From assembly GCF_009914755.1 (NCBI RefSeq), contig NC_060942.1: 64,000 bases of DNA, one strand, 5' to 3'. Under the pieces are notes generated by a model. It worked only from the letters and a program-made list of their open reading frames with translations. It ran no database searches and had not been told where the DNA came from. Made by a program: the position numbers and the translations under genes. Shown here piece by piece: positions 53,627 to 64,000 of this stretch; the stretch's first letter is position 1, and every line of letters begins with the position of its first letter. The DNA is from the human T2T-CHM13v2.0 reference genome, Homo sapiens.

Positions 53627-56312
53627 AAAAAAATCTTGCCCTATCCATTCTCTTTACTTGTTAGAACTATGGCCTATTTCAGTTTAAGTGTTGTAAACTG
53701 GCCCCAATTTTGCATCTTTCACTAGAGGCTTATTTCTGACTGCCTACTCAGACCCCCGTGTGTTTAAGTTAAAAAAGGAGGGAGAAGCCCCATTCCTTCC
53801 AGGTACTCTCCCTTACAACTAGAAAACCCTGGATAGTAACACAACAGAAAGCAGAGAAAGACTCTGAAAGGTGGAAAGAAGAGGCCTTGAGAAATGACAC
53901 GGTGGTGAGTTCTGGGAGTTTCCTTATCACCTCCCACGTATCCCAGACAGAGCACTGCGGAAACTTCCAACCTGCAACTGACAACAGGCACAGATGAAAA
54001 AGAGCTCTAAGGAAAGCCTAGCCAAAGGATTAGGTAAAGAGGTGGCCTAACCACAGAAAACCTTTCTGGCAATATCTGCCCTACTCCAGCCAAACACCAA
54101 TAGAAAAAACACGCCACCACCCCATGGTTTCGGTGGATCCAAGCAGGGAATGGATCTGCCATCCACCACCTGCCACCTAACACAACCAAGTGGGTGGTCT
54201 GATTCCAAACCAGGGTCATGTCTGCAGGGTCCTGCAGTGAGCTAAGTTTTCACCTTCACCCAGCAGCAATGAAACACAGCAGCAGTGAGGCAGTGCAAGG
54301 CAGGCCATTTAGCACAAATGTCAGTAAGGCCCTGAGGGAGCTGAGCCTCTTCCCCCAACCACATGAGCAAAACTGAACAAGGCAGGCCAAAGCAGAGGTT
54401 CCCTGGTGCCCTTACTAGTACCAGTAAGCCCCAGTGGGGAGCTGAGCCTCCACCTGACACCTGGTGGAAAGGGTTAGGATGTGGGAACAATTGACACTCT
54501 GCTTCCTCCCCTCCTCTTTTCTGGTGTCAGTGGGGCCCAGTGAGGAGCTGAGCTTCACCCGCAGCCTGCAGCAACAAGGAAGTGTTAGCTTCTGTTTTCC
54601 CCCACCCTGGTGGCAGCAGAGCCCAGGAGGGAGCTGATCTTACACTCCCAATTGGAGACAATGAGGCAGAGCCAGTTGGTGTCCTGCTTTCAAAGGGCCC
54701 AGCAAGAAGCTGAACATACTTGCCCACCCAGACCTTATGCTAAACCTCATCAGGAAGACTACATGCCAAAAAATGAAAATTAAATAAGCCCCAGAGTCTC
54801 AACATATCGTATCCAAAATGTTCACAATACAACCCAAAATCACTCATAAAAGCAAAATCACAACATGAATGAGAAAAAACAAACCACGAAGTCAACACTA
54901 AACTAAATCAAATTTTAGAATTTTCTGACAAGAATTTTATAGCAACTATCACAAAAAGTACCTCCACAAGCAATTGTGAATTCTCCTGAAACAAATGAAA
55001 AAGTAGAAAATATCAGCAAAGAAATAGATGTTCTTTAAAAATACAACAAATGGAAATTTACAGAACTGAAAAATGCAAAAACTGAAGTAAAAAACTTGCT
55101 GAATGGGCTCAGTAGTAGGGTGAAGATAACAGCGGATAGAATTAGCAAACTTGAGGACATGTCAATAGAGTTTATCGATTATGAACAACAGAGAGGAAAT
55201 AAACCGGAAAAAAAAAATGAACACAGCCTCAGGGACCTACGGGAGTCTAACAAGTGAGCTAAATATACAATCAGCGTCCCAAAAGGAAAGGAAATACAGA
55301 GTGAGACTGAAAGAATATTTGAATGAATAATAATGAAATACACCCCCAATTAGGAAAAGGCATCAAACTACATCTTCAAGAAACAGTGAACCCAAATGGG
55401 ATAAACCAAATCTAAACCAAAATAGTATGATTAAACTTGTAAAAATTAAAGACAAAAATCTTTGAAATATCCAGAGAGATGAGGACACCAATTCAAATAA
55501 TAGCAGATTTCTCTTCGGAAGCCATGAAGGCTGGAAGGAAGTGGCATAACATTTGTCAAGTACTTAAAGGAAAGAACTGTCAACTGTGAATTCTATATTC
55601 AGCAAAAATGTCCTTCTGGAAATGAGGGGGAAATAAACATTCTCAGATGAAGGAAAACTAAGAGATTTGTTGCTAAGAAACTGACCCATAAAGGATGACT
55701 GAAGGAAGTTCTTAAACAGAAAGGAAATTATAACAAGGCTTAGAACATCAAAAAGGAGAGGAGAACATCAGAATGGGTACAAACAGGGCTATAAACTATC
55801 CTACTTCTCATGCATTTTTTAAATCACATTTGATGAGAGAAGCAAAAATTACATCATCTGATACATTGCTCAGTGTATGTAGAGGACACACTTAAGACAA
55901 TTACATTTTAAAATGGTGGTGCACCCCCACTCCCTAAGTGGTCTATGCAGAGTGACTTCCTTCCAAAAAATAGTGTGTAAAAAGGGAAAAAGCAACTGTA
56001 CAGCCAAGAAATCTGACCTCAGTTAGGTGATCGGGTTAATATTAACAGTGATGAGTCATGTTGATAGTATGTTGATAGTATCAAGGTACACCCTTGATAT
56101 GATAAAAAAAAAAAAAAAAACAGCCCTTTATCTCTGTGGTCTTCCTGCCAAGAACACATAATTCCAATCTAAACATGAGAAAAATATTAGAAAAATCCCA
56201 ATTGAGGAACACTCTACAAAGTGTCTGAGCAGTACTCCTTGAAACCGTTCAGGTCATCAAAACTAAGGCAACTATGATAAATTATCAGAGCAGTCTAAGG
56301 AGACCTGACTAC

Positions 56313-56713
56313 TATATTAGTTTCCCAGTGCTGCCATAACAGATTACCACAAATTGGGTAGCTTAAAAGGTGGAAATGTATTCTCTCATAATTCAGGAGT
56401 CCAGAAGTCTGAAATAAAGATGTCAGCAGGGTTGATTCCTTCTAAAAGCTCAGCAGGAGAAACTCTGCCATGCCTCCCGCATAACTTTTGGTGGTTGCCA
56501 GCAATCTTGGCATTCCATGGCTTGAGACACATCATTTCAATCTCTTCTCCCATCTTCACATCATCTTTACTCATTTTAGGTGCTCCCTAAATCCAGGATG
56601 ATTTAATCTCACAATCTTTAATTACATCTGCAAATACCCTATTTCCAAATAAGGTCAAATTATGAACTTCAGGGTGGGCATGAATTTTGGGGGACACTGT
56701 TCAGCACCGTGCA
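56313..56713 (-). mobile_element. MLT1-family MaLR LTR nested in an L1M 3' fragment (about 55925-56975)
   Basis: tatattagtttcccagtgctgccataacagattaccacaaattggg ... ccctatttccaaataaggtc; TSD actac/attac. Confidence 0.88.
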
Positions 56714-57184
56714 ATTACTAAATGTAATGTGAAATTCTGGATAGGATCCTTGAACAGAAAATGAACATTAGGTTAAAATGAAGATAATCTGAATAAAGTA
56801 TGGACTTTAGTTAATAATAATGTATCAATATTGGTTCATTAATTGTAACAAATGTACTATATTAATATTAGATATTTATAATGGGGGAATGGTGTAGGGC
56901 ATATGGGATCTGCCTATACCATTGTCACAGTTTTTCTGTAAATCTAAAAGAGTTCTAAAATTAAATATTTATTTTAAAATTGTTTCTAGGATCCTACCAG
57001 TTTTTTTAAAACCACCACTTTTCAATGCTAGAATAATTTCAGAGTAAAATAGGTAAAATTTAGTTATGCTAGAATATCAGGATTATCTTTCTATTTTAAA
57101 AATGAAATCTATGCATACATCAGTGGTCCTTCTTTAACTTATGTGATTTTGAATTCAAAGAACTGATAATAAATAGAACTATTA

Positions 57185-57900
57185 CACTCATTTGAATGGC
57201 TATCTTAAAAAATAAATAAATAAAAATAACAAGTGCTGGCGAAGATGAGAAGAAATCTTGTGCACCACTGGTGGGAAGTGGGAATGTAAAATGCTACAGC
57301 CACTGTAGAAAACAGTATGGTAATTCCTCAAAACATTACAAATAGAGTTACCATATGATCCAACAATTCCACCTGTGGGTACGTGGCCAAAAAATTGAAA
57401 GCAGGGGCTCATGGAGACATTTTACTCTCATGTTCACAGCATTATTCACAATAGTTAAAACATGGAAGCATCCCAAGTATTCATCAACAGATGAACGGAT
57501 AAGCAAAATATGGTATATACATATAATGAAATATGATTCAGCCATAAAAAGGAAAGAAATTCTGACATATGCTACAACATGGATGACTCAAGAACATTAT
57601 GCTGATGAAATAAGCCAGTCACAAAAGGATAAACACTATGTGACGCCACTTAAGTTATGGTCAGAATCATAGAGACAGAATAGAATGGTGGTTGCTGGGC
57701 CAAAGAGGAAGGGGAAAATGGGGAATTATTGTTTAATAGGCGTACAGTTTCAGTTTTACAGATAAAAAGAGTTCTGAAAACAGATGCTGGTTATGCTTGT
57801 ACAACATTATGAATATATTTAATACCACTAAACTATACACTTAAAAATTGCTAATGTGATACATTTCGTTATATGTATTTTACCATGATAGAAATATAAA
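57185..57900 (+). mobile_element. L1MB-type 3' fragment nested in the L1MC
   Basis: aataacaagtgctggcgaagatg, agccagtcacaaaaggataaacac, tgtattttaccatgata. Confidence 0.85.
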
Positions 57901-58113
57901 AATTTTTAAAGGAATAAATACAATTAATGTTTTAAGTGTGAGGATAAAGAGAACTAATGAAAGTACACATCATTTATTAGTAAAACATCAATACCAGTAA
58001 ACTGCAATAAGTTACACATGTACTGTAATATCCAGAGAAACCACAAACAAAGCCATACAAAGCAATATACTCAAAAATTCTGTAAATAAAACAAGATAGA
58101 ATCCAGAAAGATA

Positions 58114-58409
58114 GGCTGGGCACGATGACTCATGCCTGTAATTCCAGCACTTTGGGAGGCCGAGGCGGGTGGATCATGAGGTCAGGAGTTCGAGATCAGT
58201 CTGGCCAACATGGTGAAATGCCGTCTCTACTAAAAATACAAAAATTAGCTGAGCGTGGTGGTGGGCGCCTGTAATCCCAGCTACTCGGAGGCTGAGGCAG
58301 AGAACTGCTTGAACCCGGGAGGCGGAGGTTGCAGTGAGCCGAGATCACGCCACTGCACTCCAGTCTGGGTGACAGCAAGACTCCATCTCAAAAAAAAAAA
58401 AAAAAAAAA
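58114..58409 (+). mobile_element. AluSg-like
   Basis: Full Alu with poly(A); 16-bp TSD agaatccagaaagata. Confidence 0.95.
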
Positions 58410-58675
58410 GAATCCAGAAAGATAGACCAAATCCTGGGCCATAAAACAAACCTCAACAAATTTAAAATAATTGAAATCATACAAAGCATCTTCTCTGACT
58501 ATAAAGGTATCAGAAACTAGATATCAGTAACAGAAGGAGAACATGAAAACCTCTAAACACTTTAAAACTAAACCAGATACTTCTAGATAATCTGCAGGTC
58601 AAATAGGAAGTCTTAAGCAAAATAAAAAAAATACCTAGAATGAAAGTAAAACTGTAACATATAAAATTATGTGAT

Positions 58676-58985
<310 letters not shown>

Positions 58986-60829
58986 AAATAAAATTATGTG
59001 GGATGCAGCTAAAGCTGTGCTGAGAGAAGAATTTATAGCAGTAAATGCTTATGATAGAAATGAAAGATCTCAAATCAACTGTCCAAGTTCCTACCTCTAA
59101 AAACTACAAAAATAAGAGCAAAATATACCCGAAGGAACAAATAAATAAAGATAAGCAGAAATAAGTGAAATTAAAAACAGGAAAACGAGAAAGATCAGTG
59201 AAACAAAAAGTTGGTTCTTTTAAAAAACAATAAAATTGATAAACTCCTAGAAAGACTAACAAAGATAAAAGGATGACACAAATCAAGAATATCAAAAACA
59301 GGATGGGATATCACTAATATAGTACTTCCATTAAAGGGATAAAAAGGATTACTGTAACAACTTTATAGCTAATAAATTCAAAAACTTAGAATGGACCAAT
59401 TCCTCAAAAGCCACTAATTACCAAAATACAACCAAAATGAAATTGACTAGCTGAATAGTGCTATAGCCATTAAAGAAATTGAATCTATAATATTAAAGTT
59501 TTTAAAACCTCTCCAAGCTCAGATGGTTTCACTGGAGAATTCTAGCAAACATTTAAAGAATTAACACTAATCTAGAACAGTCTTTTCTAGAAAATAGAAG
59601 AAGGAGGAATGCTCCCTAACTCATTTTATGAAGCTTGTATTAATACCCTGATACCAAAAAAAAGCCATAAAAAAAAACAAACAAAAGCCCTACAGACCAG
59701 TATCTCTCATAAATTTAGAATTTAAAAATTATCAGCAAAATAGCTAATCTAACCCAGCATTTATTAAAAGAATCGTACACCATAAACCAACTGGGATTTT
59801 TTTTCAGGCATGCAAGGTTGATTTAACATTAAAAAATCAATCAATGTAATTAGCCATATCAACAGGAGAAACCATAGAGTCATTTCAATTGATACAGAAA
59901 AAAGCCTTTGACAAAATCCAACACCGAGTCATGATAAAAACTCTCAGAAAACTAGGAAAAGAGGAGAACTTAACTTGATAAAGATTATCTACAAAACCTA
60001 CAGCTAACATCATCCTTAACAACGAAGGATTGAATGCTTTCCCTCTAAGAGCACGAATAAGAATGCCCACATTCATCAATCTCATTCAACATACTACTGG
60101 AATATTAAGTCACTGTAGTAAGGGAAAGAAAAGAAATGGGAGGCATACAAGTTATAAAGGAAGGAATAAAAGTCTATTTGCAGATGACCTAATTATCTAC
60201 ATATAAAATTTCACAAAATAAAAATTTAAAAAGACCTAGAAGTAATAAGTCAGTTCAGTAAGATCACAGGATACAAGATTAACACACAAAAATCAATCAC
60301 ATTGGAACATGTGGAAACCAAATTTAAAACCAAAAGTAAAAACACAATACCCTTTACAGTCACTCTAAAAATAAATACTTAAGTATAAACTTAAGTAAAC
60401 CTTTACAGGATCTGTACACTGAAAATTACAAAATGCTGGTGAAAGAAATTAAAGAAGACCTAAAGAAATGGAGAAACATATCATTTTCATGGATTGGAAG
60501 ATAACACAGTAAAGATATCAATTCTCCCCAAATTGATCTATGAGTTTAATGCAATTCCTGTCAAAATTCCAGCATGATACTTTGTAAACATGCACAAGCT
60601 TATTCTACAAATATATATGGAAAAGCACAGGCCCTAGAATAACTAAAATATATTGAAAAAGAAAAATAAAGTAGGAGGAATCACTTTACTAGATATTAAG
60701 GCTGATTATATAAAAGGTAGAATAATCAAGATAGTATGATATTGGTGGAAGGATAGATACTTAGATCAATGGAATAGAATACAGAACCCAGAAATTGACC
60801 TACACAAATAGGCCCATCTGATTTTTAAA

Positions 60830-61052
60830 AGATTTTTATTGTAAACTATACATAACATAAAAGTATGTTTTAACCATTTCAAAGGGACAGTTCAATAGCA
60901 CTAAATACATTCACATTGTTGTGCAACCATCACCGTCATTCATACCCAAAATCTTTTTCTCATCCCACACTGAGACTCTATACCCATTCTCCCTGCCTTT
61001 AGCCACTGGCAACCATTCTTCTCCTTTCTGTCTCTCTGAATTTGACTATTCC
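60830..61052 (-). mobile_element. Short L1MB 3' end inserted antisense within the L1MC ORF2
   Basis: tttttattgtaaactatacataacataaaa...cattgttgtgcaaccatcacc...ctggcaaccattc...tctctgaatttgactattccag. Confidence 0.85.
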
Positions 61053-62659
61053 AGCAACTGATTTTGAGAAAAGTACAAAAGCAATTTGATGGAGGAAGCC
61101 TTTTCAGTAAATGGTGTTGTAGCAATGGACATCCATAGGCAAAAAATAAATAAATAAACCTCGATCTAAACCTCACACCTATTCAAAAATTAACTCGAAA
61201 TGGATCACAGACTTAAGTGTGTAGTGTAAAACTATAAAACCCTTAGAAAATAATGTAGGAGAAAACATTTATGATCTAAAACTAAAGAGTTCTTAGAGCT
61301 TGACATAAAAAATGTGACCCATAAGAAATAAAATTGATAAATTGACCTCACCAAAATGGAAAACTTATACTCTAAAAGACCATGTGAATAGGATGAAAAG
61401 ACAAACTAAGGACTGGGATGAAATATTTGCAAAACCACATATCCAACAAAGGACTAGTATCTAGAATATATAAATAAAACACTCAAAGTTCAACAGTTAA
61501 AAAAACCAAACAATCCAATTTGAAAGTGGGCAAAAGACATGAACAGACACTTTACTAAGGAGATACAGATTACTTTTCACCAAAGAGATAAACAAATGGC
61601 AAATATGCCCATGAAAAGATGTTCAACATCGTTGGCCATTATGGAAATGGAAATTAAAACCACAATTGCATATTACTACACACCTGTGAGAATGGCTAAA
61701 ATAAAAAATAGTGACAACACCAAATACAGGCAAAGATACAGAGAAACGGGATCACTCATTCATTTCTGGTGGGAATGTCAATAGTGCAGTCACTCCATAA
61801 AATAGTTTGGCAGTTTCTTAAAAAACTAAATCTCCAACTGCCGTATGACCCAGCACTGACACTCCTGGGCATTTATCCCAAAGAAATGAAGACCATGTTC
61901 ACACACAAACCTGTTCACAAATGCTGATAGCAGCTTTATTTGTACAGTCAAAAACTGGAAAAAAAAAAAAAAAAGCCTAGGTGTCCTTCAACAGGTGAGT
62001 GACTACAGAAACTGGCCCATCTATACCATGGAATACTACTCAGCAATAAAAATGCAGCAACTTGGGTAGATCTCTAGGGATTTATGCCAAGTGGGGAAAA
62101 AAAGGCAATACAAAAATGTTTCATACTGTGTGTTTCCATTTGTTTAACCTTTGTGAATTGACCAACTTACAGAAATGTAGAATAGGGAAGTGCTGCTGGG
62201 GGTGAGGGATGGAGATAGGGTAGGATGGGGAGAAGGAGTGAATGTGGCTATAAAGAGGCAACAGGGGGTGCCTTGTGGGGCTGGAAATGTTCTGCATCTT
62301 CCCTGAATGGGTGTCAACATTCTGGTCATGATACTGCACTAGAGTTTTGTGAGATGTTACTATTGAGAGAAATCGGTGTAGGGTGCACAGGATGCACCTG
62401 TATTACTTCTTAAAACTATGTGTGAATCTACAGCACCTCAAATGAAAGTTCAATTAAACAAAAAACAACAACAAAAAAAGAGGGCACACTTGCATCTTCC
62501 TCACAGTGGAGAGGCCAGGACAATCATTTGAAGTAACCAAGCTGAAAGTCACTCCTTGATGGGGATGGAGGTCAGCGATGGTCATTCAGACTCTTCTAAC
62601 CCAGCATTCTAGTCTAGGGTGGAAAAATTAAATTGAGCGATAGTTTCCTGTGACTTGCT

Positions 62660-63004
<345 letters not shown>

Positions 63005-63524
63005 TGACTTGCTTTTATTATGGGGCAGAGACTTGCAATGAAGTCAGCCTTAGACACCTTGCAAAGCTTGAGGCAAACTGAGAAATGTGACATGGGCTGA
63101 TAATTCCATTCAATTTTTTGGCAAATGCAGAAATAAAACCTGACTTCTTTTGGATTGAGAGTAATATGGCCAATGACAAGGCAGTACTAAACACGCAGCT
63201 GCTCCGTGTCCAGCCTTGATGTGTCAGTAACAGTAACTAACCTGAAATGGAGCAGGCAGCTGTGGCCTGAATGGGCTCTATGTAGTGGAGCACTGCGGCT
63301 GCCCATCCTGGTGGGAGCAGTCCCGTCCTCCCTGGGCCTCAGCTTCTTGTCTGTGTCAGACGGAAAAACAATTATTTTTATCATAACTTCAGTCATGATA
63401 CAGTTTTGTGGGACACATTTCGTCAAGGCAGAATGAATTGTTTGTTGCCTGGTTATTTAACATGCATTTTTACCTCAGATCAGGAAAAAGTACTAAAATT
63501 ATATTATTTTCTCATTTTTTTCAG

Positions 63525-63589
63525 TCATGGTTCATCAGAATGTATTAAGATTCAGAACCAAAGGTTATATGAAATTGGAGGAAATATAG
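63525..63589 (+). CDS. ARHGAP28: ARHGAP28 exon of the long C-terminal isoform, (S)HGSSECIKIQNQRLYEIGGNI(G)
   Basis: ctcatttttttcag acceptor, TAG|gtaagc donor, 65 nt phase 2-1; LYEIGGNIG motif of the ARHGAP18/28/40 family. Confidence 0.93.
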
Positions 63590-63708
63590 GTAAGCATACT
63601 GTAATAATTTCTACTGCTAAATTCTCTGATTACTCTAAAAGAAATATGTTGCTATAATCATAAAGGTATGTTTTATGAATTTCTCAGATAAAAACTAAAA
63701 ATCAGTAG

Positions 63709-64000
<292 letters not shown>

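Overview
Primate (very probably human) genomic DNA from inside one + strand gene, recognised from its translated exons as ARHGAP28 (Rho GTPase-activating protein 28). I traced 14 consecutive GT-AG exons with consistent phases from 5600 to 63589. They encode the region from PRDTCGNH through the whole RhoGAP domain (arginine-finger motif GIFRLSG at about 30744) to LYEIGGNIG. The gene starts upstream of the window and ends downstream of it. Two further exon candidates are visible: a 42-nt in-frame exon (5401-5442, ending MNEL) and an alternative terminal exon (53001-53139, AATAAA at 53265). The rest is intron dominated by about 21 Alus, L1, L2, MIR and ERV/MaLR LTRs. Almost all ORFs in the supplied track are repeat-derived or chance ORFs. 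I found no novel multi-gene system. The best leads are isoform-level and structural: the two alternative exons, a skippable catalytic exon, a perfect 27-bp inverted repeat, a four-layer nested transposon stack, local duplications and a convergent CTCF-like motif pair. Repeat subfamily names come from recalled consensus sequences, not a database search, and old-repeat boundaries are approximate.
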